A stretch of 60,594 nt of DNA, filler included. It is 5 parts of 5 records of this genome, joined end to end, with 100 filler letters (N's around TTAATTAATTAA, not from the genome) between each part and the next. Parts side by side here need not be neighbours in the genome. Positions count along the whole stretch, not along the records: positions 18,969 to 28,445 come from DRR723986_570; positions 28,546 to 34,128 come from DRR723986_571; 3 more parts are not named here. One strand, given 5' to 3'. Position numbers and translations under genes: made by a program. Position 1 is the first letter of the stretch; each line of letters opens with the position of its first letter. The notes under the pieces were generated by a model. The model did not search any database, was not told the DNA's origin, and was given only the letters and a program-made list of their open reading frames with translations. This document shows positions 19,118 through 29,103 of the stretch, one piece after another.

Positions 19118-19369
19118 GCGTCGTGTTCGTCGGCCTTAGGGTTATGGCCGCACCCAGCGCTTGGCAGCAGGTCATGAGCGCCACTTTGCCCGGCTTTGAT
19201 TGTATTTTTAAAATGCTTTTTGAAAGCTTGTAAAAAGCTGCGTCTTTTAATGGGGCGTGCATTGCATTTCAAATCTTGGCATAAGAAATATAGCGCCAAA
19301 TAGATTATCTAGGGTCGCATAATTTTTTAATTTTCTTGGCAAATTGCCACCCGCAAGGAACTGTGACCA

Positions 19370-19792
19370 ATGAATTTGGACAAAACGCTTATGAAACTGG
19401 TTTTTGCAGCCGGGATGATATGTGCAAGTGCCGCAGCGGCGCAAACGGCATATCCACCGGTTGATGTTCTTTTGCAGGCTGAAACCACAATTATTGGCCA
19501 GCCAATCGTTTATCCCGAAGGGCCCGCGCAAATAACCGTGGCGATTGTCACTATGCAACAGGGGCAAGTGACTGGCTGGCACCGGCACGAGGCGCCGCTG
19601 GCGGCGCATATGCTAGAGGGCGAGCTGACAGTGGATTACGGTGCAGATGGAAAGCGTATTTACAAAAAAGGCGATACGCTGATCGAGGCGCTGGGTTCGT
19701 CGCATAATGGCGAAAACACGGGCAGTGGACTTGCCCGAATATTGGTGGTGTTTGCAGGTGCGGTTGGAACGCCAAATACGGTTTCCGAATAA
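19370..19792 (+). CDS. Secreted cupin-domain protein
   Basis: 140 aa. Signal peptide; GWHRH...LEGEL...GD...HNGENTG cupin motifs. Confidence 0.88.
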   Translation: MNLDKTLMKLVFAAGMICASAAAAQTAYPPVDVLLQAETTIIGQPIVYPEGPAQITVAIVTMQQGQVTGWHRHEAPLAAHMLEGELTVDYGADGKRIYKKGDTLIEALGSSHNGENTGSGLARILVVFAGAVGTPNTVSE

Positions 19793-19852
19793 ACCACTAT
19801 GGGGCTTTTGTGGGGCTTTTTCGGCATTTGGGCATGCCGCAAAGCGCCCGTT

Positions 19853-20485
19853 TCAGCCCAAGGTGGCGATATGTGTTGCCAAACCGTGCCAAACCACCTC
19901 GACCCCAACGGCAACAACGATCAGGCCCGACAGGCGCCCGATAATCGAAAAAAACACCGCGCCCAGAACCCGCGATAACAGCCCGCCTGCGCCAATCACA
20001 AGCCCGCTGGTCACGCAGACCAGCACGATCATCAACGTGATGTGCATCTCGTATTGAATGCCAAATTCAGGGTGCGTTTCTGTCATGACTTTGGCAATCG
20101 AACCGGCGCCTGCCAGCATTGGAATACCCAATGGTGCAACGCCAATTTTGATTGCATGCAGCAAATCCGGCGGATCCGATACAGGGGCGGTATGGGTGGT
20201 TTTGCCTTCGTCATTCATTAGCGCCAAGCCGGTTAAAATAATCACCAACCCCCCACCAACCTGAAAGCTGGCCAGCGTAGTGCCCAGCGAAAGCAAAATT
20301 ATTTCCCCAGCAAAATGCATCAGCAGCAACAGCACTATCATCGAAACGGTGCTAGAGAGCGCCAACCTGTGCAGGGCCTTGGTGTTGCCCGGCCCGCAAA
20401 CAGACAGGCAATAGGGTATTTTCGTGAAAGGGTTGATCAGGGCAAATAAGGTAATGCCAAAGCGCGTGTAGTCAGTCCAATCCAT
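19853..20485 (-). CDS. MarC-family integral membrane protein
   Basis: 210 aa. LFALINPF, SFQVGGG, PLGIPMLAGAGSI, RLSGLIV. Confidence 0.9.
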   Translation of the reverse strand: MDWTDYTRFGITLFALINPFTKIPYCLSVCGPGNTKALHRLALSSTVSMIVLLLLMHFAGEIILLSLGTTLASFQVGGGLVIILTGLALMNDEGKTTHTAPVSDPPDLLHAIKIGVAPLGIPMLAGAGSIAKVMTETHPEFGIQYEMHITLMIVLVCVTSGLVIGAGGLLSRVLGAVFFSIIGRLSGLIVVAVGVEVVWHGLATHIATLG

Positions 20486-20921
20486 CCCGCCCCCAATTTC
20501 CGTTTAAAAGCCTGCTTGCCCGACTACGCAGAGGGACAGTTACACAGATTTTTTTGCTTTCCTAGGCAATTAGAAAGACCCGTAGATAAAATGAAATCTG
20601 GCCCAGGGTTTTACAAAAAACGCGCTGGCCTATTGGATAGGTCTTGCACAAAAGCAGGCGCGCCACTCCCGAAAGCCACGGCAAATAGCGCTTTCAATCG
20701 CGCTTTGCCGGTAGGCACATTATTTTGCTGAATTGCCGCTGGTGTGAAAAGGGCCGAACGCGGCTTTGCCTTTGTGGCGCCGCTTTGGCAGAGTATGGAC
20801 CGCCGTCTTGTTATGCCGTCAGCATATTGTCCTGCGATGTGTATTGCACCGTCTCAGATAAAGGCTGCGCGCAAATCGCGGGTGACGGCGGGCATTGTCC
20901 ATGGTTTTGGTCGGGGTGCGG

Positions 20922-21869
20922 TTAAAGCCCGTATTGTTCGCGCGCGTAATCGCCAAGGCCCACGGCATCCAGCTTGGCCAGCGGCGCAAGGAACGTCACC
21001 TGAATGACCCCGGGTGCGCGGCCAATTTCGATGGCGTCGTTCAAATTGGCGGCGGTGCCGATCACGGAAATGGGGGCCAAAGCCTCGATCTGGGTGACGC
21101 CCCGTTTTTCCGCCAGGCGCTGGCCTTTGGCCATTTCTGTGGCGCTAAAGGGTTTTGCAAGCGGTGGTAAATCTTCCTCTAGCGGGAACAGAACAGGGCC
21201 ATCCAGCGGATAGTTCTTCACCACTTCGACCTGCAATGTAACGCTGCCCGATACATCCATCGTATGGCCTGCGATTTCGCCATCGCCTTGGCCCGCGTGG
21301 ATATCGCCCATATAGACGCCAGCCCCCTTTACCTTGGCCGGGGCCACCAGAATGGCACCGGCGCGCACGGCACCAATATCCATATGGCCATCGGTCTTAT
21401 GCTTGGCCAGCTGTTCGGGGGTGATCCCATAGGCATGCGGGGCGCCGACCAGGAAAGCGCCAAAATCCCCGGCATTATGGCTGTCGGGCATTGGCATCGA
21501 TGGGCAGGTGCCCAGCTGGCCCATAAAGGGGCGCATCTGAATCAATGTGCCCGGCATATCAGATGGGGCAAAGGTAAGGATCGAATGCTGGCGGCTGGCA
21601 TCGGGCAGGGCTGCGTAATGATCCGCCTTGGTGGCAATGTCTTCGGCGGCAGCCTGCGGCAGGGTCAGGCCCACGCTGCGGGTATCATCAAAGGTAACGG
21701 TGTAGCCATGCACAATCTCAAAGGGCTTTACGGCATTGCCGCAGGCATCGCATTTCACCGCATCCTGGCCGTTCCCTTCGACATGGATTTCAGGCCAGAC
21801 TGTATCGCAATCGTGGCTGGGGCTGCAGCTGCGCTGGGTTTGACTTTTCTGCCCGCGCCCTAATTGCAC
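20922..21869 (-). pseudogene. Acetamidase/formamidase-family gene, probably truncated with an internal deletion
   Basis: RPFMGQLGT, DSHNAGDFG, TDGHMDI and GDIHAGQGDGEIAGH are intact. Homology starts abruptly about 20 codons in, only 22 bp separate it from the divergent gene, and NLNDA runs straight into IEIGR. Confidence 0.65.
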
Positions 21870-21891
21870 CCCATTAAAGCACGAGATTTCA

Positions 21892-22401
21892 ATGCCCGCT
21901 TTGCGTATCTCACTACTTGAATTGCTGCGCCGCGATGCCCGTGGGCATAACCCCGATATGCCCGCATATCTGTTTTTCCCGGTTGCGCTGCTGGTGTTGA
22001 TGATGGCCAGCGGCTATGCGTTTTTCTGGACGTTTCAAACCGAAACGATCGCGGCCTATCGTTTTGTTTTTGGCCCGGTGCCGCAAACTGTGTTGGCGCT
22101 GATTTTCCAAAAATACTGGCTGATGGTTTTGGGGGCGCTGCTGTTAGGGGGGGCGTTTTTGATCAACCGTTTTACGCTGGTTTCGTTTTCGGTTGTGGCC
22201 CTAGTGGTTGCAGCCCATCAAGGTGCCGAGCTGCTGGCCCTAGACCCGTTGCAATGGGCCGATAGCTGGCACCTGCGCAGCCAACAAACCTATTGGGTGT
22301 TTTTGGTCGCGGTCAGCATGGCCCTGCGCTGGATGTTTGTGTTGGCGCTGTGCCATGGTGCCTACCGTGCGTGGGCTTGCCATCGCCGCAGCGCGACATA
22401 G
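21892..22401 (+). CDS. Hypothetical membrane protein (about 4 TM)
   Basis: 169 aa. Several hydrophobic helices; codon usage consistent with neighbours. Confidence 0.65.
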   Translation: MPALRISLLELLRRDARGHNPDMPAYLFFPVALLVLMMASGYAFFWTFQTETIAAYRFVFGPVPQTVLALIFQKYWLMVLGALLLGGAFLINRFTLVSFSVVALVVAAHQGAELLALDPLQWADSWHLRSQQTYWVFLVAVSMALRWMFVLALCHGAYRAWACHRRSAT

Positions 22402-22508
22402 GCGTCGTTTCTGCCGCTGCAGATCACGCGCCGCAGATTTAGGGTAATCTGGCCGCAGATCTGGGCGCAGGTCTGGCCAGTATGATTTTAAGGATGTGAT
22501 CGCAAACT

Positions 22509-24032
22509 ATGACACCGCAAGATCGCCACTTTGCCCCGCTTTGGTTGTTGGTTCTGCTGCAAGCCGCGATATCGGCCTGTAGCCTGATTGTTGAAATCGT
22601 AGCAGGCCGCATGGTGGCGCCCTATGTCGGCATGAGCCTTTATACCTGGACGGCCATTATCGCGGTGGTTTTGGCGGGGTTTTCGCTGGGGCATTGGTGG
22701 GGTGGGCGCATCGCGGCCGGGGCCTCGATGCGCGGGCTGCGGGTAACAGGCTGGGCGATGCTGGCGGCAGCGATCACAACGGCGGGCGCCGGTTATCTGC
22801 TGTCTAGCTTTGCGGGGGGGCTGTTGCAGGTGATGGGCCACCCGATGCTGGGGATCACCGCCATCACCACCTTGGCGTTTTTTCTGCCATCGGTTTTTGC
22901 AGGCATTCCCGCCCCGGTGCTGACAGTGGTTGCCATGCGTGGGCGCGCCCAGGCCGAGCGTGCCCTGGGCGTGATGTTTGCCACAGGCGCCGTGGGGGCC
23001 ATTGCCGGCACTGTGCTGGCTGGGTTTGTCTTTGTGCCTTTTTTCGGCTCGATCACCACGCTGGCTGTGGTGGCGCTGGCCTATCTGGCCTCGGCGATCG
23101 TGTGTTTTTGGCTGGGCGGCACGGGGCGGCCGGGCCTGGGCCAGGGGGCTGCAATTATGGGGCTTTTTGCGGTATTGGGGGCCAGCCAGTGGGGGCAGCA
23201 CAGCCCCTGTGAGCGCGAAAGCGCCTATTATTGTATTCGCACGGTGGCGCTGGCAGATACCCCGGGCGACCGGGTGCATCTGATGGTGATCGATCATCTG
23301 GCCCATGGGGTCAGCGGCCAGCGTGACCCGCAGCTGATGTTTACAGATCACGCCGCCATGCTGGATCTGCTGCCGCGCCTGCGTATGGGCGGGGGTGATT
23401 TCACCTCGTTCCACATTGGGGGCGGCAGCTATTCAGTGCCCCGCGCATGGGCCGCGCGCGGCCAAGGGGCCATAACGGTGGCAGAGATCGATCCGGTGGT
23501 GACAGAACTGGCCCAACAACAATTTTGGCTGCAGCCAGACTTGATGCGCATTCTCCACCAAGATGCCCGCGTGATCTTGCAAAACGATCCAACCCGCTAC
23601 GATGTGATCGTGGGCGATGCCTTTACCGATATTGCCGTGCCCGAGCATTTGGTCACGCAAGAGTTTTTGCAGCTGGTCGCCGCGCGGCTTAACCCGGGCG
23701 GCATTTATGCGATGAATTTCATCGATACGCCTGCGCGCATGCAGGCGCTTGCCGCTATGGTGGCCACATTGCGCAGCGTGTTTCCCAGCGTAGAAATCTG
23801 GACCGAGGCCGCCCAGCCCGACCCCCAAGAGCGGCGCGTTTTCGTGCTGCTTGCCAGCGCCCAAGACAGCCCCTTTTCCACCATCACCACCCGCTCGCCC
23901 GACCCTATTCGCTTTCAGCCGCTTGGGCAGGGCTTTGTTGATCAACTGCTGGCACGCCACAGCCCGATGGTTTTCACCGATGATCACGCCCCACTGGCCT
24001 ATTTGATGGGGTTTGACCAAGGCGCGTTTTAG
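22509..24032 (+). CDS. Fused membrane domain/spermidine synthase-like SAM-dependent protein
   Basis: 507 aa. EIVAGRMVAPYVGMSLYTW TM domain; HIGGGSY, EIDP, DAR, DVIVGDAF, FTDDHAP. Confidence 0.9.
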   Translation: MTPQDRHFAPLWLLVLLQAAISACSLIVEIVAGRMVAPYVGMSLYTWTAIIAVVLAGFSLGHWWGGRIAAGASMRGLRVTGWAMLAAAITTAGAGYLLSSFAGGLLQVMGHPMLGITAITTLAFFLPSVFAGIPAPVLTVVAMRGRAQAERALGVMFATGAVGAIAGTVLAGFVFVPFFGSITTLAVVALAYLASAIVCFWLGGTGRPGLGQGAAIMGLFAVLGASQWGQHSPCERESAYYCIRTVALADTPGDRVHLMVIDHLAHGVSGQRDPQLMFTDHAAMLDLLPRLRMGGGDFTSFHIGGGSYSVPRAWAARGQGAITVAEIDPVVTELAQQQFWLQPDLMRILHQDARVILQNDPTRYDVIVGDAFTDIAVPEHLVTQEFLQLVAARLNPGGIYAMNFIDTPARMQALAAMVATLRSVFPSVEIWTEAAQPDPQERRVFVLLASAQDSPFSTITTRSPDPIRFQPLGQGFVDQLLARHSPMVFTDDHAPLAYLMGFDQGAF

Positions 24033-27000
24033 GGCTGTGCCGCCACGGGGGTGCCGCTGTTTTGCGCACGGCCCTGCATCGCGGCGCGCGGCCGTGGCGC
24101 GGCCTTGCTGCGCAGGGCGCGGCCGGCCCTGTCGGCCAGAACGATCAAGCTGGGCAATAGCACCAGGCTCAGCACGGTTGACACGGCAACGCCGCAGATC
24201 ACGCTTAGCGCCAGGGGCTGGCGAAAGGCCGCACCTTCGGCGCTGGCCAAGGCCGCGGGCAGCATGCCCATGATCATGGCCAGCGATGTCATCACAATTG
24301 GACGTGCCCGCTCGGTGCTGGCGCGCATCACCACCTGCGGTGTGATGGGGCCCGATTTGGCCAGCCGTTGGGCCCGATCGATCACCAAGATTGCATTTTT
24401 TGACACAATCGCCATCAGCAGCATCAAGCCCAGCAAGACAGGCAGCGAAAGGGGCATGCCGGTCAGCACCAGGGGCAGCATGCCGCCGCCCAGGGCAAAC
24501 AAGACCGAGCCCAAGATAACCGCCGTCATCGCCCCCGAGCGGAAAAACACCACAAACACAGCCATCATCAACAACAGGCTGGTGCCCGTGGCGTGCCCCA
24601 ATTCCTGCATCATCTGTTGGCGCAACGCGGTATCGCCGGCGGCGAGCAGCGCAAGCCATGGCAATTTCGCCTGGGCGTTGGCCACCGTGGCCTGGGCCAG
24701 CTTGCGAATCTCGCGCGCCTCGGCGGCGTTGCGCGGCGCGGCAAAAATACGGTGCGCATAGCGCCCATCACGGCGCATGCGCTGCGCCTGGGCGCTACCC
24801 ATCTTGAACTGGCCCAAACTGGCCAGCGGCACCATTTGGCCCGCGGCGCTGCGCAGATGGGCAAAATTCAGCCCCTGCGCCCATTGCTGTGGGGTTTGCA
24901 GGCCATGCGCCTCGCTCAGCTGCACCGTGACCGGCAGGGCCGGGCCATTGGCCTGGGCCAAACGGGCCAGGGGCGCGCCATTTTGGCCAGCCAGGTCAGC
25001 CAGCATGGCATCGACATCACGCATCGCGATGCCCAAATGCTGTAGCATCGCGGCATTTGGCTGAAACTCTAGATAACTGCGCTGGCCGCTGGGCTGTGGC
25101 TGTAGCAGGGCGGCAGGGCGGTTGGCGCTAAGCGCCGCCAGCACCAGATCGACCCCGCGCTGCAATGTTTGCGTATCATTGGCCACCAGATCGAAGGCCA
25201 GCAACGGCTGGCCGCTGGGCTGCAGCATCAGTGCGCGCATATCAATTGTTTTGGCCAAAAGATCTTGCACCGCGTTGCGGGTGCCGGGCTGGCCATCGAT
25301 TTCAACCAGCAGCCTTGGCGGGATCTGGCCATCTACAGGCAACAGGGTGGTGACATTCACAACACCGGGCACGGCTGCAATGGCGCTGTTTAGCCGGGCG
25401 ATATGCATCTGGCGCTGGGCTTTGGGCATGGTATCTGGCAGGGCCAATTGCACCTGCATTTTGCGGCCCTCATCTTGTGGAATAAAAGCACCAGGCTGGC
25501 GCACCGCCATTATGACCGAGGCCATCACCACCACCAAGGCCAGCCCCAGGGCCACCCACCGATACTGAATGCTGCGCACCACCAAGCGGCGATAAAGCCG
25601 CAGCGCACCATGGCGCGTGCCGCCATCTTTGGCTGGCAGCGCCGCATTTGGCATCGGCAACCACAGCGCCAAGGGCGGTAAAACCATGCGCGCCACAAAT
25701 AGCGATACCGCGCTGGCCACACAAAGCGTGGCACCAAAGGCCCAGAAATAGCGCCCCGCCTCGCCTGACATGGCAGCCAAGGGCAAAAATACCGCCAAAA
25801 TCGCGCAGCTGGTTGCAATCACCGGCGCTTCGATATCGCGCACAGCCAGGGCGATGGCGCGCCGGCCCATCCCTAGCTTTTGGCCGAATTTGTGAATATT
25901 TTCGATCTCGACAATCGCGTCATCTACCAAAATGCCCGCGGCCAAGGTCAGCGCCAACAGGCTGACCATGTTCAAACTTAGGCCTAAGACATCCATGAAA
26001 AACAGCGTGGGCAGCACCGATAGCGGCAGGGCCAGCGCCGCCAAGGCGGTGGCCCGGCGCGCCCGTAGGGCCAGCGCAATGACGCCAATCACCAGCAAAG
26101 ACCCCTCGATCAGGGCGCGCTGGGTGGCCCCCAATGCGGCCGCGGCGCGCTGGGCTGGCCGATCGATCACGTGAAACTGGATATCGGGGTGCTGGGCCTG
26201 CAGCTGCGCCAGACGATCGTCGATCTGCTGCACCATGTGGTGCAAATCGGCGTTGGGGTTGGCATTTAGCTGCAATATCAGCGCAGGCTGGCCATCGTGG
26301 CGCACCACCCATTCGTCTGCGGTGGTGGTTGTTTTTATGCGTGCCAGCGCGCCCAGCGGCACAGTCTGCCCCCCGGGCAGCTGCAGCGGCAAACCCGCCA
26401 GCGCATCGGCATGGGCCAGATCAGCCCCCGGGCGGGCGCTGCCAAGAATAATCGCTTGGGCCAGCGGGCCTGTTTGCAGCACGCCGGTGGGGCTGCCGCC
26501 CAGAAGCGCGCGCAATTGGTTGATGAATTCGGGCAATGTGAGATTGGCCCCTGCCAGTTGCCCAGCCACGGGATGCACCGATAGCCCCGGCTGATCTGCG
26601 CCCATTTGCTTAATCTCGCTTAGGCCTGCGATACTATGCAGTGCGGGCAAAACCACGCGGCGCACCAGCGTTGTGGCATCGGTCAAGCCCCCCATGCGGG
26701 GCAGTATGGCCAGCTCGAGCATCGGCATATCGCGCGTCGAGGCGGCGCGTATATCGGCGATCTCAAAGGCCAGGGGCAGCTGTGGCACCAGGCCGTTCAG
26801 CCGGTCTTTCACGCGCCCCAGCACCTGCTGCGACATGCGGCTATCGTTCAGGCCCAGCGTGTAATGCACAGCCTGGGTGCCAATGCGGCTGCTGACAAAG
26901 CTGATTTCAGGCACGCCCGCCAGCGCCTGTTCGATCGGGCGGGCCAGCGCGTGTTCGATATCATCAAGCGCTGCCGGGGCTGTTTGCAGCTGCAGATAAA

Positions 27001-27133
27001 TCCGGTTTTGTCCGATGTCTGGCAGATAGGTCAGCGGCATATGGCCCAGGGCCCGCAGCCCCAGAACCGACAAGAGCGCAATCAGCACCAGGGGCAAGAC
27101 AGGTTTGCGCAGGGCCCATTGAGCGAAATTCAT
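24029..27133 (-). CDS. RND efflux transporter permease subunit (AcrB-like, divergent)
   Basis: Start MNFAQW at 27133, ATGA overlap with the MFP stop. GILVDDAIVEIENI, KNAILVID, RARPIVMTSLA. Confidence 0.9.
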   Translation of the reverse strand: MNFAQWALRKPVLPLVLIALLSVLGLRALGHMPLTYLPDIGQNRIYLQLQTAPAALDDIEHALARPIEQALAGVPEISFVSSRIGTQAVHYTLGLNDSRMSQQVLGRVKDRLNGLVPQLPLAFEIADIRAASTRDMPMLELAILPRMGGLTDATTLVRRVVLPALHSIAGLSEIKQMGADQPGLSVHPVAGQLAGANLTLPEFINQLRALLGGSPTGVLQTGPLAQAIILGSARPGADLAHADALAGLPLQLPGGQTVPLGALARIKTTTTADEWVVRHDGQPALILQLNANPNADLHHMVQQIDDRLAQLQAQHPDIQFHVIDRPAQRAAAALGATQRALIEGSLLVIGVIALALRARRATALAALALPLSVLPTLFFMDVLGLSLNMVSLLALTLAAGILVDDAIVEIENIHKFGQKLGMGRRAIALAVRDIEAPVIATSCAILAVFLPLAAMSGEAGRYFWAFGATLCVASAVSLFVARMVLPPLALWLPMPNAALPAKDGGTRHGALRLYRRLVVRSIQYRWVALGLALVVVMASVIMAVRQPGAFIPQDEGRKMQVQLALPDTMPKAQRQMHIARLNSAIAAVPGVVNVTTLLPVDGQIPPRLLVEIDGQPGTRNAVQDLLAKTIDMRALMLQPSGQPLLAFDLVANDTQTLQRGVDLVLAALSANRPAALLQPQPSGQRSYLEFQPNAAMLQHLGIAMRDVDAMLADLAGQNGAPLARLAQANGPALPVTVQLSEAHGLQTPQQWAQGLNFAHLRSAAGQMVPLASLGQFKMGSAQAQRMRRDGRYAHRIFAAPRNAAEAREIRKLAQATVANAQAKLPWLALLAAGDTALRQQMMQELGHATGTSLLLMMAVFVVFFRSGAMTAVILGSVLFALGGGMLPLVLTGMPLSLPVLLGLMLLMAIVSKNAILVIDRAQRLAKSGPITPQVVMRASTERARPIVMTSLAMIMGMLPAALASAEGAAFRQPLALSVICGVAVSTVLSLVLLPSLIVLADRAGRALRSKAAPRPRAAMQGRAQNSGTPVAAQP

Positions 27134-28380
27134 GGCTCTACCCGCAAACCTGCGAATTGGCCGGGCTGGTCTGTGGTGGTGCGGCCCTGGCCGGTGTGCC
27201 ACCACATGCCCGCATCAATGGCCTGTGCCACCGTGTCACCATCGCGCACCAAGGCGCCTGCAATGGCGATATAGGGCGCCCCTTCGGGCAGGCCCTGCAC
27301 CACCTCGGCTGCGGTGCCATCGCCATGCAGGCGCAGCTCTACCGGGCTGGCCACCGCGCGCTGGTCAAGCACCCGCATGATGGCCGGGCCATCTGGCAAA
27401 GGAACAATCGCGGAATAGGGCACCATAATGGCCTGGCGCTGGCCCGTCACGATTTCCGCACGCACCGGGGTGCCGGATACAGCATTGGTGCCCGCGGGCA
27501 GGCTGACGGCCACAGTGCCCAGCTTACCTGCGTCGATCTGGCCGCGATCGACCCGGGTAACTTGGGCGAACATGCTGTCGTGCTCGGACAGCCACAGTTT
27601 CACAGCGCTGCCTGCCTCCAGCTGGGGCAGAACCCATGGCGCCACTTGCAAAACGGCCTCCATCTGATCGTCTTTTGCGATGCGAAACAGCGCCTCTCCC
27701 GGCTGCGGCTGGCTGCCGCGCGTTGGGTGCACCGCCACCACACGGCCCGCCATGGGGGCCCGTATCACCGTGGCATCCAGCATGCGCTGGGCCCATTCGA
27801 TATCTAGCTTTTGCATGGCGATATCGGCGGTCGCACGCTCTAGCCTGTTGCGGGCGGCGGCGTAATCCAGCTTGGCGCGGTCAAGCGCATAAACGGCATC
27901 TTGGCGGCGCACATCCGAGGTGGCGCCGGTTTTTGCCAGCTGCGCCAGCCGGTTCAGGGCTTGGCGTTTTTGCACAACCTCGCGATCTAGCGCCGCAAGC
28001 TGGGTTTGCAGCAGCCGCGCTTCGGCCTCGATCGCGGCCAACCCGCGCTCGGCACGTTGTTTTTCGCGCAAGGCATCTGTTGGATCAAGGCGTGCCAGCA
28101 CCTGGCCTTGTGCCACCAGATCGCCCGGCTGCACCGCAATCTCGGTCAGCACCGCGGTTTCCGGGGGCGCTGTCACGATGATCGGCGCCTGCGGTGCGAT
28201 CTGGCCAAAGGCCTGCACCATATCCGACACCAAACTGGGCTGGGCGCGGCGCACGGTAACAGGCGCGTCCTGCGCATTGGGGTGGGCAAGGCGAATTTCG
28301 GTTTCGGTCAGGGCTGAAAGACCCGCAGGAACCAGCGGCACGAGAAGCAGAAGAAATGCCCATTTTAGTGAAATCCTCAT
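27130..28380 (-). CDS. RND efflux periplasmic adaptor (membrane fusion protein)
   Basis: 416 aa. Lipoyl half-motifs VQPGDLVAQGQVLARLD and IRAPMAGRV, coiled coil; GAAAGGA RBS upstream. Confidence 0.9.
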   Translation of the reverse strand: MRISLKWAFLLLLVPLVPAGLSALTETEIRLAHPNAQDAPVTVRRAQPSLVSDMVQAFGQIAPQAPIIVTAPPETAVLTEIAVQPGDLVAQGQVLARLDPTDALREKQRAERGLAAIEAEARLLQTQLAALDREVVQKRQALNRLAQLAKTGATSDVRRQDAVYALDRAKLDYAAARNRLERATADIAMQKLDIEWAQRMLDATVIRAPMAGRVVAVHPTRGSQPQPGEALFRIAKDDQMEAVLQVAPWVLPQLEAGSAVKLWLSEHDSMFAQVTRVDRGQIDAGKLGTVAVSLPAGTNAVSGTPVRAEIVTGQRQAIMVPYSAIVPLPDGPAIMRVLDQRAVASPVELRLHGDGTAAEVVQGLPEGAPYIAIAGALVRDGDTVAQAIDAGMWWHTGQGRTTTDQPGQFAGLRVEP

Positions 28381-28445
28381 TGATCTGTCCTTTCCTGCCT
28401 AGGCCGCCAGGCCCACACGATTCAGCGCACAATGTGCCCACAGCC

Positions 28446-28545
28446 NNNNNNNNNNNNNNNNNNNNNNNNNNNNNNNNNNNNNNNNNNNNTTAATTAATTA
28501 ANNNNNNNNNNNNNNNNNNNNNNNNNNNNNNNNNNNNNNNNNNNN
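28446..28545. other. Artificial contig spacer
   Basis: N44-TTAATTAATTAA-N44. Confidence 0.99.
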
Positions 28546-29021
28546 GCGGCGTCGCCAATCACATAGGTCAGGCAGGCCGGTGTATGGCCGGGCGTATGTA
28601 GCACTCGGCCTTCGAGGCTACCGATCGCAAAGGTGTCGCCTTCCTCAAAGAGCCGGTCAAACTGACTGCCATCGCGGGCAAACTCAGTACCGGCGTTAAA
28701 AGCCTTGCCGAAAATTTCCTGTACCTGAATGATGTTTGCCCCGATACCGGTTTTGCCTCCGAGCTGCTCATGCAGGTAGGGAGCTGCTGACAGGTGATCC
28801 GCATGTACGTGGGTTTCCAGAATCCATTCCACGGTCAGATCGTTCGCCTGAATGTACTGAATGATCTCGTCGGCCGAGCGCACATCGGTGCGGCCAGCGG
28901 CATAATCGAAATCCAGAACCGAATCCAGAATCGCACAGACCTGGCTGTCGGGATCGCGCACGACATAACTGAAGGTGTTAGTGGGTTCGTCGAAAAAATG
29001 CTGAACGATGGGCTGGGTCAT
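28546..29021 (-). CDS. MBL-fold persulfide (sulfur) dioxygenase-like protein (Blh/ETHE1 type); 3' end cut by contig edge
   Basis: Start MTQPIVQHFFDEPTNTFSYVV at 29021 after GAGGTG; ILETHVHADHLS, HTPGHTPAC. Confidence 0.88.
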
Positions 29022-29103
29022 GGTATTCACCTCTGAAGTCGCCAGTTCTTTAATTTGATCTAAGGATATACTGAAACGATATATAAGGTGAAATGCTGTT
29101 TTC

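Noticed and set aside
18713-19299. ORFs spanning N runs (18713-18916, 18913-19299; likewise the extensions of 28494-29189 and 33578-34180)
   Set aside because: Artefacts of the linker; the stops come from TTAATTAATTAA.
22488-28441. Many long overlapping or antisense ORFs in contig 2 (e.g. 22488-23414, 23433-24659)
   Set aside because: Shadow frames of GC-rich genes, with Arg/Pro/Gly-rich composition and no motifs.
28380-29021. Apparent RND pump plus MBL 'resistance cluster'
   Set aside because: The genes are on different contigs, and the MBL protein has persulfide-dioxygenase motifs, not beta-lactamase motifs.
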